64,000 bases of DNA from an uncultured delta proteobacterium (GTDB taxonomy: Bacteria; Myxococcota_A; Polyangia; Polyangiales; B10-G4), in NCBI GenBank assembly GCA_963727445.1, contig CAVSGI010000005.1:32001-96000 (forward strand), in the 5' to 3' direction. Shown one piece after another: positions 44,952 through 54,501 of this stretch (within the stretch, counting starts at the first letter, position 1; each line of letters starts with the position of its first letter). Made by a program: the position numbers and the translations under genes. A model generated the notes under the pieces. The model did not search any database, was not told the DNA's origin, and was given only the letters and a program-made list of their open reading frames with translations.

Positions 44952-46397
44952 TCAGGGGTAATGGGAGACTTCGTCGTGGATCCCGATGCGGGTCAGGCTG
45001 AACGCCATGGCCGGCGTCGGGTCCGGCTCCGCGTCGACGAGGAAGAGAACGAGCGAGGTTCCCGCTGGCAGTGCGTCGCCCAAGCCCCGGCGCGATGGAG
45101 GCTCCGTCCCCGGGGCCAGAGACCCTCTGAGAAGCCCGAGGAGCGCGCCGTCCTTGGTGGCGATGGCATAGAAGACGAGGCCGCGGGGCGCCGTGCCGTC
45201 CATGGTGAGCGTGACCGAGGGCGCGGTGTAGCCGAGCGTGAGCTCGGGCGGGTTGCCGAGCGTGAGCACGCCATCCGCTTCCATCATCGCCTGCGCGAAG
45301 CGCGCGAGCTGCGTGCCGTACACGTTTCGCTGCGCCATGTCTTCCTCGGAGTCGCCCAGCGTCTCTTCGAGGATCTTGCGTTCCTTCGCCACGGCTTCCC
45401 GATAGCGCCCGAGGCGATAGAGGAGCGTCGCTTCGGTATCGATCACCGCGCGCAGGCCGCGCGGCTCGTCGGAGGGATAGGCGGCGATGGCGCGTTCGGT
45501 CGCGTCGAGGGCGAGCTCCAGGTCGTGGGGACCCGCCTCGGGATCGATGGCGATCTGCCACGAGGCGTCGTTGAGGAGGATGGGGGTGAGGGGCGCGCTG
45601 AGCGGCGCCGTGGCGAAGATCCTCCGAATCATGGAGAGGTCGCCGTCGTTCGTTCGGCTGAACCGGCCGAGAGAGACCGCCAGCGCCGCGACGACCATCA
45701 TCGCCAGGAGCGCTGCGATCCCGTCGGTGATCCGTTCACGGCCCTTCCGACGCGCGAAGGGTGGCCAGCCCGCGGTCAGCGCTATGGTGGCGAGACCTCC
45801 GCCGATGAAGCCCCCGGCGTGACCCCAGTGATCGATGCCGATGTCGGTGAAGGCGATCCAGAGCCCGACGTTCAACAGGAGCAGGAAGACCCACTGCCTC
45901 CAGGCTCGTCGCATGTGGACCGGGAGCTCGTTGCGAAAGCGGAAGAGGATGTATCCGATCGCGGCGAAGAGGCCCACGATGCCTGTGGAAGCGCCGAGTG
46001 ATGGGACGCCACGGTTGGCGAGGCAGCTGACCGTGGCGCCAGCGACGCAACCCACCACGTAGATCACGAAGTATCGGCCCGGCCCGAGGAGGAGCTCCAG
46101 CGCGCGGCCCAGGAAGAGCAGCCCGATCGAGTTCATCGTGATGTGTAGAAACGCTGCCGGGGCGCCCTGGGCGTGCATCCAGTTGGCGGTGATCAGTCGA
46201 TCGAGCTGCCCGTCGAAGACCAGTGGAGCGTAGTTCGCGCCCAGCTCGATCGACCGCACCAGCGGCGAGTCGGACGCCGTCATCAGCTGCACCCCGTACA
46301 TCGCGAAGATCGACACGAGCAGCGCGCGCGTCACCCAGGGAGACGGAAGGCGGCGAGGGATTGTATCCTCGCGTTCTTTCAGATGCTCGAAATCCAC
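44952..46397 (-). CDS. Rhomboid intramembrane serine protease with large C-terminal soluble domain
   Basis: RLITANWMH, HITMN, GASTG, HWGHAGGFIGG; TPR-like tail (LNDASW, DTEATLLYRLG). Confidence 0.85.
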   Translation of the reverse strand: MDFEHLKEREDTIPRRLPSPWVTRALLVSIFAMYGVQLMTASDSPLVRSIELGANYAPLVFDGQLDRLITANWMHAQGAPAAFLHITMNSIGLLFLGRALELLLGPGRYFVIYVVGCVAGATVSCLANRGVPSLGASTGIVGLFAAIGYILFRFRNELPVHMRRAWRQWVFLLLLNVGLWIAFTDIGIDHWGHAGGFIGGGLATIALTAGWPPFARRKGRERITDGIAALLAMMVVAALAVSLGRFSRTNDGDLSMIRRIFATAPLSAPLTPILLNDASWQIAIDPEAGPHDLELALDATERAIAAYPSDEPRGLRAVIDTEATLLYRLGRYREAVAKERKILEETLGDSEEDMAQRNVYGTQLARFAQAMMEADGVLTLGNPPELTLGYTAPSVTLTMDGTAPRGLVFYAIATKDGALLGLLRGSLAPGTEPPSRRGLGDALPAGTSLVLFLVDAEPDPTPAMAFSLTRIGIHDEVSHYP

Positions 46398-47234
46398 TTC
46401 GGCGACAACCTCGAGGTGCTGGCGAGGCTTCCTTCAGGCGCCTTCGACCTGGTGTACATCGACCCGCCCTTCAACACGGGCAAGACCCAGGCTCGAAAAC
46501 GCACGCGCACCGTACGCGACGACGGGGGGGATCGCACGGGGTTTAAGGGGCAGCGGTACCGTACCGAGATCCTCGGACAGAAGGCTTTCGGCGACACCTT
46601 CGACGACTACCTCGCCTTCCTCGAGCCCCGGCTCGTCGAGGCGCATCGGCTCCTCGCAGAAGACGGGAGCCTCTTCGTCCATCTCGACTACCGCGAGGTC
46701 CACTACGTCAAAGTGCTCCTCGACCGGCTCTTCGGTCGGGACAGCTTCGTCAACGAAATCATCTGGGCCTACGACTACGGTGCGCGGAGCAAGCGGCGCT
46801 GGTCGGCGAAGCACGACAACATCCTCTTCTACGCCAAGGACCCCAAGCGCTACACCTTCAACTACGAGGCGATGGACCGGATCCCGTACATGGCGCCCGG
46901 GCTCGTGGGCAAGGAGAAGGCGGCCCGTGGAAAGACGCCCACCGACACCTGGTGGCACACCATCGTCAGCCCCACGGGCAAGGAGCGCACGGGTTACCCC
47001 ACCCAGAAGCCCGAAGGCGTCCTGTCTCGCATCGTGCGCGTCCATTCGAACCCCGGTGACAAGCTCCTCGACTTCTTCGCCGGCTCGGGCACCCTGGGCG
47101 CGGTGGCGCACGCCGAGGGACGCGACTGCGTTCTCGTCGATCGGAGCGCCGACGCGATGGCGGTGATGGCGGAGCGCCTCGCCCACGCCGCGCCGCGTTT
47201 CGTGGGCTGGAAGCCCCCCCGAGGCGCCGACTGA
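46383..47234 (+). CDS. Site-specific amino-DNA methyltransferase (N6A/N4C, beta class), orphan
   Basis: GDNLEVL, DPPF (motif IV) precedes LDFFAGSGT (motif I); YPTQKPE. Confidence 0.92.
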   Translation: MLEIHFGDNLEVLARLPSGAFDLVYIDPPFNTGKTQARKRTRTVRDDGGDRTGFKGQRYRTEILGQKAFGDTFDDYLAFLEPRLVEAHRLLAEDGSLFVHLDYREVHYVKVLLDRLFGRDSFVNEIIWAYDYGARSKRRWSAKHDNILFYAKDPKRYTFNYEAMDRIPYMAPGLVGKEKAARGKTPTDTWWHTIVSPTGKERTGYPTQKPEGVLSRIVRVHSNPGDKLLDFFAGSGTLGAVAHAEGRDCVLVDRSADAMAVMAERLAHAAPRFVGWKPPRGAD

Positions 47235-48179
47235 TCAGCCGGCGGCCGCGCAGCGCGCCGCGAGCTCGTGTACGTCGCAGTCCTTGGGCACCGGGAGGCA
47301 GCGGAGATCCTCGGCGGCGAGGCCCACCTCCTCGCGCATCTCGGGCGTCGCCCCCCAGAGCACCAGGAGGGGGCTCGGATCCTGCTCTGCCACGATGATG
47401 GCGATGGTGGCCACGTCCATGGTCTCGCTGCGACAATCGATGATCACCGCGACCGGCGTGGGCCCCTCGTTGGTCTCGATCCATTCGATGAGGTCCATCT
47501 CGGACGAGGTGTGTGCGACTTCTTGCTTGGTGCTCAGCGCCTTGCCGAGGGCCTTCGCGACGAAGGACAGGGGGGAGCACACCACCACGGGCCCCGCGGG
47601 TCCCGTCTCCATGGCCAGCTCGGCGACGTCCGGAAACTCCGGCGCCTCGGAGTTGGGGCGCTCGTTCGGCAGCTCGGGCAGGTCCTCGAGCTCGATGGGC
47701 GGAAGGTCGGGGGCGTCGATGCCGACCAGACCCAGCTCTGGCGCCTTCGACGCCTTCGGCACTTCCACCCGAAGGAGCTCCGGTTCCGGGTCCGCCTGCA
47801 TCGTCGGCCGGTCCGAGCCGGGCTCGTCCTTTGGCGGCGCGTCCGTGGGGATGGCGCTGGTGCGCAGGTCCCGGGGCGTGGCGGGCCGCACCTCGCTGAC
47901 CTCCTCCTGGGCCTCGGCCATCTGGACGATGGGCTCGAGTGAAGAGCAGACGTGCTCGGCCGCCTCTTCGCCGAGGGTGCTGACCACCGCCATGTGCAGG
48001 TACTGGTCGACGAAGCGGCGGACGTCGTCGCCGGACTCGGGGATGGCGTCGAAGCCCGCGACGGCCAGGGCTCGGTTGAGAATCGTCTGGCGGATCTCCG
48101 GCGTCGCCACGGCGTCGAGGGCCTCGTTCAACACGGCCGCGACGGGTCCACCAGCCGCGGAGGGTTGAACGCTGCTCAT
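47235..48179 (-). CDS. Hypothetical protein: helical N-domain, acidic Pro-rich linker, degenerate receiver-like C-domain
   Basis: Long ORF with coding-type codon usage; VAVIIDC and LLVLWG segments. Confidence 0.6.
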   Translation of the reverse strand: MSSVQPSAAGGPVAAVLNEALDAVATPEIRQTILNRALAVAGFDAIPESGDDVRRFVDQYLHMAVVSTLGEEAAEHVCSSLEPIVQMAEAQEEVSEVRPATPRDLRTSAIPTDAPPKDEPGSDRPTMQADPEPELLRVEVPKASKAPELGLVGIDAPDLPPIELEDLPELPNERPNSEAPEFPDVAELAMETGPAGPVVVCSPLSFVAKALGKALSTKQEVAHTSSEMDLIEWIETNEGPTPVAVIIDCRSETMDVATIAIIVAEQDPSPLLVLWGATPEMREEVGLAAEDLRCLPVPKDCDVHELAARCAAAG

Positions 48180-48312
48180 CGCCCCCCCCGGGTCGGTGAC
48201 TCCACCATCTAACGCGATTCTAAGAGGTCCGGCAGAGCTGTGGAAGCGGTAACGACGAAAGTAGGGGGGACACCCACCTACGGGCGTCGGCCCCGGCGAA
48301 CGAACCAATCGG

Positions 48313-49897
48313 TCAGACGTCGACCTGAATGTTCATCTTGGCGAGGCTGTCCTTGAGGGCAGTCTTGTCGTTGGTCTTCATGTAGGCCTCGAGCGGGTCC
48401 ACCACACCGCTCTGAACGAGGTTGACCAAATGGTCGTTCATCGTCTGCATGCCGAGGCGCTTGCCGGTCTGCATGACGCTGGTGAGCTGGAAGGTCTTCC
48501 CCTCGCGGATCAGGTTCGACGACGGCTGGGTTGGTGAGCATGATCTCGTAGGCCGCGACCCGACCGCCGCCCTTCTTCTTGCAGAGGACCTGCGCGACCA
48601 CACCGCGCAGCGACTCGGAGAGCATCATGCGGATCTGCTCCTGCCGATCGGAGGGGAACTGGTCGATGATGCGGTCGACGGTGCTCTGGCGCGTGGTGGT
48701 GTGCAGCGTGCCGAAGACCAGGTGGCCGGTCTCCGCGGTCTCGATCGCGATGGCGATGGTCTCGAGGTCGCGCATCTCGCCGACGAGGACGATGTCCGGA
48801 TCCTCACGCAACGCGGCGCGGAGCGCCGACTTGAAGCCCCGGGTGTGCGTGCCGACCTCGCGCTGGTTCACCAGACACTTCTTGTTCGGGTGAACGAACT
48901 CGATCGGATCCTCGATGGTGATGATGTGATCGGTGCGGTTGTCGTTGATGTAGTCGATCAGCGATGCCAGCGTGGTGGACTTGCCGCTCCCGGTGGGCCC
49001 GGTGACCACCACCAGGCCCTTGGTGAGGTAGCAGAGGTCGATCACGCCCTGCGGCAACCCGAGCTTCTCCCAGCCGAGGATCTCGAAGGGGATCTGGCGG
49101 AACACCGCGCCGGGACCTTTTCGGTCCATGAAGTAGTTGGCGCGGAAGCGCGCGCACCCTTCGATGGTGTGCGCGAAGTCGACGTCCCAGTTCTGGTCGA
49201 ACTCCTCGATGAAGCGCTCGGGAAGGATCTCGCCCAACAGAGAGCGCAGCTCGTCGGCGCTGAACTCCGGTCGGTCGCCGATCTTCTGCATCGACCCGTC
49301 CTTGCGCCACATCGGCTTGACGCCCGAGGACAGGTGCAGGTCGCTGGCGCCCTGCGCCACCAGCATGCGAAGGAACTCGTTGATGCGCGGCTCGCCCGAC
49401 GCCATCTGCACCCGGGGGGCGGCGACCACCTCCTCGGTGAGGGCGGTGCGTTCGATGATCGGCTCGTCCGCGGCGGATGGAGCGCCGAGGCCGACACCGA
49501 AGTCGTCGGCGGTGCTCATCGGCGGCGCCGCAGGAGCGGGTGCGGGCGCCGGCTGCCGTTGTGCCGGCGGCGCCGCCGCTGCCCCCGCGGGAGCGCCGCG
49601 CCCGGGAGAGATCCGCACCATCCAGCTCTTCGCGCTGCGAGCCTCGACGTGCACCGTCACCTCGATGCCCTGGCCCTGATGCTGAAACCGCGTTCGACCT
49701 GCGCCCTCGAGCTCGGTGATCGCCCGGGGTGGCGCCGCTTCGCGCACCATCTGCATGATCTGCGTGTGATCGATGGCCTGCTTGCTCTGCCGCTCTCCGG
49801 CCGGAAACGCGAACTTCACCGGCGCGTCGGAAGCGAGGATCACGGCGTCGGCCTTGTGCTTGACCAGGTGCTGAACGTAGAAGTCGATGCGCAACAT
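48313..49897 (-). CDS. pilT: PilT/PilU-family retraction ATPase with N-terminal extension (+1 frameshift at ~48520)
   Basis: ASDLHL, GPTGSGKSTT, TIEDPIE, LREDPD, GEMRD, GHLVFGTLH, NLIREGK, GMQTM. Confidence 0.9.
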
Positions 49898-49987
49898 CGG
49901 CCCGATTTCTACAGGAATGTCGTCCCGACAACCACTGTCGGTTGCTGGGGTCTATCGAGACGGCCGCAGCTGGTTTAGAAAGCCGCG

Positions 49988-51280
49988 ATGGTCGGCACTC
50001 GGCAGGTCTTCCCGCGCTGGTTTTCGTTCAGCGTGGCGATCCTCCTCACGGGGCTCGCGATCTACGCCCTGCGCGGCGTCCTGACCCCGATCTTCTTCGC
50101 CTTCCTCATCGCCTACATGCTCGACCCGGTGGTGGACCGGTTCGAGGCGATGAAGCTCCCCCGCGCCCTCGGCATCGTCATCGTGCTCACGGGTGCGCTG
50201 CTGGCGGTCGCCATCTTCCTGCTCCTGGCGGTGCCAGCCCTGGTCTCGGACGTCGCACGCTTCGCCTCGGAGCTGCCCCCGAAGCTCTCGGCGCTCCGGA
50301 CCGAGTGGGAGCCCTACCTCGCCTACCGCGGCATCGAGGTGCCGCATTCCATCGACGAGGCGCTGCGCCAGTTCGACGTCGACGTGCGGGGGCTCGCGGA
50401 GCGCGCCGTCGGTCCCGCGGGTAGCGCGCTCAGTCAGGTGGTGGGCGGCACCGCCTCGGTGGTTGGCGCTCTCGCGGGCCTGGCGCTGATCCCGGTCCTC
50501 GCCTTCTACTTCCTGTACGACTTCGATCGCATGACCGCGGCGATCCGCGACCTCATCCCCGTGAGAGTCCGCCCCTTCGTGGTGGACGTCTTCGGCGAGA
50601 TCGACCAGGTCCTCGGTCAGTTCATCCGCGGCCAGATCACGGTGATGCTGATCCTCGCGGTCCTCTACTCGATCGGCTACTCGATCGTGGGCGTCCGACT
50701 CGCGCTGCTGATCGGCATCGTCGGCGGTCTGCTCTCCTTCATCCCCTACGTCGGCGGTGCGGTCGCGATCGTTCTGGCGCTGCTCATGTGCTTCCTCGAC
50801 TTCCAGGGTCCGATGCAGCTGGTGTACGTCTGCATCGTCTACGGCATCGTGCAGCTCCTTGAGGGCTTCGTGATCACGCCGAAGATCATGGGCGACCAGG
50901 TGGGCCTGAGCGCGGTCTGGGTGATGATCGCGCTGATGGTCGGAGGCGAGCTCTTCGGCTTCCTCGGCGTGCTCCTCGCCGTCCCGGCGGCGGCGGTGGC
51001 GAAGATCCTCGTGGTCCGGGTGGTGGCCTGGTACCGGCAGAGCGAGCTCTTTCTGGGCGGCGCGGACCCGGCCCTGGCGGGCGGTGGCGCGCTCTCCGCC
51101 ATCCTTCGGCAGGAAGGACTACCCGACGACGAGGACACCGCAGACGCGAAGGAAGACGCTACAGCCGCCCCCCCGACCGTCCCGGTGGACGACGCGGAGG
51201 AAACGCGCGAGGCTGAGGCCCCCGATTCCGAGGCCGCCCTGGGAGAGGACGCCGCCGAAGACGAGGACGAAGATGAGTAA
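49988..51280 (+). CDS. AI-2E (PerM/UPF0118) family transporter
   Basis: LIAYMLDPVV, FIRGQ, FIPYVG, QLLEG..ITPKIMG, GVLLAVP. Confidence 0.92.
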   Translation: MVGTRQVFPRWFSFSVAILLTGLAIYALRGVLTPIFFAFLIAYMLDPVVDRFEAMKLPRALGIVIVLTGALLAVAIFLLLAVPALVSDVARFASELPPKLSALRTEWEPYLAYRGIEVPHSIDEALRQFDVDVRGLAERAVGPAGSALSQVVGGTASVVGALAGLALIPVLAFYFLYDFDRMTAAIRDLIPVRVRPFVVDVFGEIDQVLGQFIRGQITVMLILAVLYSIGYSIVGVRLALLIGIVGGLLSFIPYVGGAVAIVLALLMCFLDFQGPMQLVYVCIVYGIVQLLEGFVITPKIMGDQVGLSAVWVMIALMVGGELFGFLGVLLAVPAAAVAKILVVRVVAWYRQSELFLGGADPALAGGGALSAILRQEGLPDDEDTADAKEDATAAPPTVPVDDAEETREAEAPDSEAALGEDAAEDEDEDE

Positions 51281-52403
51281 CGGAAAGACGATGCGCATCG
51301 TCGTGCTCGATGGTCGCCACGACCGGAGCGCGCAGGAGGTGACGGCGTCCATCGCCGCGGCCCTCGACGTCGACGACGAGGGAACGGACAGCACGGACGC
51401 GTCGGGCGCTTCGGGTGAGTCCCACGGCGTCGACGCGCTCCTGCACGCGGCGGACGCGGCGGTGGTTCTCGACCCCGGCTCTCTGGCCCGCGCCGAGGAG
51501 GCTGGCGTCGCCCTCTGCGCCGTCGTCTTTCCCGGATTCGATCTCGGCTGGGGCGGCGACCTCGGCGACGCCGACCTGGTGATCGTGCCGCACGAGCGCC
51601 TGGTCGCGGAGGCGGTGCGTCGTGGCGCCCCGCGGGGGCGGGTGGAGGTTGCGGGCCCGGTCGCGCCGAAGGGATATGTGCAGGCCGAGGATCGGGGCGC
51701 CCTCCGCGACGAGCTCGGGCTGCCAGCGGATGCGCCGCTGGTCCTGGTGCCCGCCGCGATCCTGGAGGAGCACGGCGCGGAGGCGGTGATGGTGCAGTTG
51801 GCCCTCGCCGACGAGAGCACCGGATATCTCTTCGACGTGGGGCTCGACGCGGAGGCGGCCGAGACCATCCGCCGCCTTTCGCCGGTCCACGGTCTGAGCG
51901 CCTGGATGTTCTCCGAGGAGCCCGGCTCCGTGCGCCACTGGCAGGCCGTGGACGCCGTGATCGCGCGTGCACGTGGTTACGAGGTCGCGCGTGCCCTCGC
52001 CGTCGGCGCGCCGTTGGTGATCCTGCCACCCGGCCGGAGCGATCGACTGGCGGCCGAGACCCTCGAGGCCATCGGTGTCGGCAGTGATGCCGAGGTGCTC
52101 GCCACCCTCGCGGTCGCCATCGATCGCACCGTGGGCGCCGAGGCCCTCGCAGACGCGCGCGAAGCCATCGGCGCGCTCGACATTCCGTACTCCGCGGGTC
52201 GGGTCTCGGACCGCGTGCGCGCCGCCTGGAACGCGCGCAGGGCCGCCCCAGAGGAGCGCCCCCGCGGCCTGCCCCACGGTCTCGAGGCCCTCCCGAAGGA
52301 CGACGTGCACAAGGCCCCGGCCGGGCCGTCGTCGCGCCTCGACGCGCTCGAAGATCGCATCGAACGCGAGCTCGCGGAGCTCAAGCGGAAGCTCGAGGAC
52401 TGA
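51273..52403 (+). CDS. Degenerate GT-B (MGDG synthase/UgtP-like) protein with coiled-coil tail
   Basis: ADLVIVPHE..RGAPRGRVEVAGP, LRDELGLP, EVARALAVGAPLVILPP; ends ERELAELKRKL. Confidence 0.6.
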   Translation: MSNGKTMRIVVLDGRHDRSAQEVTASIAAALDVDDEGTDSTDASGASGESHGVDALLHAADAAVVLDPGSLARAEEAGVALCAVVFPGFDLGWGGDLGDADLVIVPHERLVAEAVRRGAPRGRVEVAGPVAPKGYVQAEDRGALRDELGLPADAPLVLVPAAILEEHGAEAVMVQLALADESTGYLFDVGLDAEAAETIRRLSPVHGLSAWMFSEEPGSVRHWQAVDAVIARARGYEVARALAVGAPLVILPPGRSDRLAAETLEAIGVGSDAEVLATLAVAIDRTVGAEALADAREAIGALDIPYSAGRVSDRVRAAWNARRAAPEERPRGLPHGLEALPKDDVHKAPAGPSSRLDALEDRIERELAELKRKLED

Positions 52404-52421
52404 ACCTTCCGAGAGTCGCGG

Positions 52422-53639
52422 ATGCAGAACGCCGAAGTGATCGGGACCGAAGACGTGGTCCGGGCGGCCGGCGCGGCCCAGGCGCACGAGGCCAGGGGCC
52501 CTCTTTCGCGCTTCGCCTTCGCGGTGCTCTCTCGACAGGCCGAAGGACAGACGCTCTTCGCCGGCAAGAAGCACGTCGACACCCTCGCCGAGGAGCACGG
52601 CGTCAGCCGCGAGGATGCGGCGACCGAGCGGGGCAATGTCCTCGAGATCTTCGAGCGCGGCGCGGACACGAGCGCCGAGCGCAGCCTGGTCGCATCCTTC
52701 GCCGTCGCCGGCCTCTCAGCCGAGCTCGCGGAGGGCGACGCCACACCCACGCTCACCAGCTTCGTACGCCATGCCGACTGGCTCGAGACGGCAACCCCCT
52801 ACGCCATCTACGCGTTCGTCGACCACGTGCTGAGCGTCGAAGACGCGGCGCGGGTGTGGGACGCCGTCGCCGATGCCTGCGTCAGCGCGCGTCCTGCGCC
52901 GCTGGACCACGCCGCTCGGGCCGCTGTTTTCGTTCGCATCTCGGCGCTGGCCGCCTCGTCCAGCGACGCCGCCAAGGAGGCCCTGGCGCGCGTGGCCAAG
53001 CACGCCGCGGATCCGGCGCTGCGCGCGGCGGCGGCCTTCCGCGCCGGCGACGACGCCCAGGGGAACGAGGTCGAGGGGCGACCGTCGCGGATCGGCGGCA
53101 CCCGTGGCCGCGTGCGCGGAGGCGCGTTTCAGGAGACGCTGCGCATCGTCTCGGGATGGGCGCTGCTGACCTGGGGGGCGCGCCTGTTGGCGTCGTTGGT
53201 GGGCCTTTCGCGGACAGTCGAAGCGGCGCTCTCACCGAACGGCATCGAGCTCAGGTCGCAGATCCGCCTTCTCGGCCGTGTGGTTCGCGAGCAGGAGGAG
53301 CTGATCCCGCTCAGCGGCCTCGCGCGCATCACCCGAGACGTGCGCTATCCGGTGATCCATCTGCTCGTGGGTCTCACGATGCTCTCCCTCGGAATCCTGG
53401 TGGGCGGGGTGATGGCGGTCGACGCCGCGCGGAGCGGCGCCACCTGGTTCTTGGTGCTCGGTGCGCTGCTGATCCTCGGAGGCGCCGGCCTCGACCTCGC
53501 CATCGACGTCCTCATCCCGGCGCGTCGTCGTCGCGTGGCCATCGAGCTCGCCCCCGCGGGGGGCGCGCCGCGCCGCATCGAGGGCATCGGCGCCGAATCG
53601 GCCGAGCGCTTCATCGAAGCCGTGCGCGCGAAGCTCTGA
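52422..53639 (+). CDS. Hypothetical membrane protein
   Basis: Helical N-terminal part and C-terminal TM helices; operonic spacing. Confidence 0.7.
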   Translation: MQNAEVIGTEDVVRAAGAAQAHEARGPLSRFAFAVLSRQAEGQTLFAGKKHVDTLAEEHGVSREDAATERGNVLEIFERGADTSAERSLVASFAVAGLSAELAEGDATPTLTSFVRHADWLETATPYAIYAFVDHVLSVEDAARVWDAVADACVSARPAPLDHAARAAVFVRISALAASSSDAAKEALARVAKHAADPALRAAAAFRAGDDAQGNEVEGRPSRIGGTRGRVRGGAFQETLRIVSGWALLTWGARLLASLVGLSRTVEAALSPNGIELRSQIRLLGRVVREQEELIPLSGLARITRDVRYPVIHLLVGLTMLSLGILVGGVMAVDAARSGATWFLVLGALLILGGAGLDLAIDVLIPARRRRVAIELAPAGGAPRRIEGIGAESAERFIEAVRAKL

Positions 53640-53645
53640 CTCCGC

Positions 53646-54473
53646 TCAGCGCAGGTCGTCGCCCAGGATCGGCAGGTGCGCGACGTTGAGAGCCGAGCGG
53701 ACGATCTGGTACGCGGCGGGGTCGGGCTGCACGAAGCGCTCGACCTGGAGGATGCCCGCCAACACTTTTCTGCCGTCCGGGTCCTCGTGGATCCGGCTGA
53801 AGGCATCCACCACCTGTGCCGTCAGCTCGTCGCCGAGAGACAGGGGCGCGCACACCACGTCGTGAGGAATGGTCCGAGATTCGAGGATCACCCGCATCTC
53901 GGCGCCGTGGTCGGTCCATCCGGCGCTCAGCACCGCGGAGCTCGGGTCATCGGCGACGTTGCGCACGTAAGTCGCACCGACATCGACGTTGCCGCTCTCC
54001 ACGGCGCGCACCACCGCTTCGTGGCTGCGGAAGAACTCTTCCTGGGCGAAGATCCGATTGGGGTGCAGACCCCGGGACATGAGGGCGAAGCGCGGGAAGA
54101 GGAAGCCGGCGGCGGAGTTGGGGTCGACCCAGGCCACCACCGTGTCGGCGAGGTCGTCCGGGGTGGTGATGTCACTGTCGGGACGGGCGAAGATCGCGCC
54201 GCGGTAGAAGCCGGGTGGACGCCGCTCGACGCCCAGCAGGAGCTGCGTCGACTGCATCTGATCCTTCACGCGGACGAAGACGGCGGGCGGAAGCCACGCG
54301 AGGTCCAGCTCTCCGTTCAAACAGCGCCGCATCAGCCGCGTGTAGCTCCGCGCGGTGACCAGGGTGACGCGCAGATTGAAGGAGCGCGCCAAGAGCTTCG
54401 CGAAGCGCTCGCGCAGCTCCTTGCCACCTTCGCTGAGCGCGACCGGACCGATGCCGAAGGTGATCTTCTTCAT
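53646..54473 (-). CDS. PhnD/phosphonate-binding-fold protein lacking a signal peptide
   Basis: AWVDPNSAAGFLFP, SHEAVVRAV..G.VDVGA, IPHDVV; no ABC partners nearby. Confidence 0.8.
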   Translation of the reverse strand: MKKITFGIGPVALSEGGKELRERFAKLLARSFNLRVTLVTARSYTRLMRRCLNGELDLAWLPPAVFVRVKDQMQSTQLLLGVERRPPGFYRGAIFARPDSDITTPDDLADTVVAWVDPNSAAGFLFPRFALMSRGLHPNRIFAQEEFFRSHEAVVRAVESGNVDVGATYVRNVADDPSSAVLSAGWTDHGAEMRVILESRTIPHDVVCAPLSLGDELTAQVVDAFSRIHEDPDGRKVLAGILQVERFVQPDPAAYQIVRSALNVAHLPILGDDLR

Positions 54474-54501
54474 GCGAAGAGCGACGATATCACCTGGAGC
54501 A

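Noticed and set aside
46383..47234. Restriction-modification or defence island
   Set aside because: No endonuclease, specificity subunit or mobility gene nearby, and composition matches the flanks.
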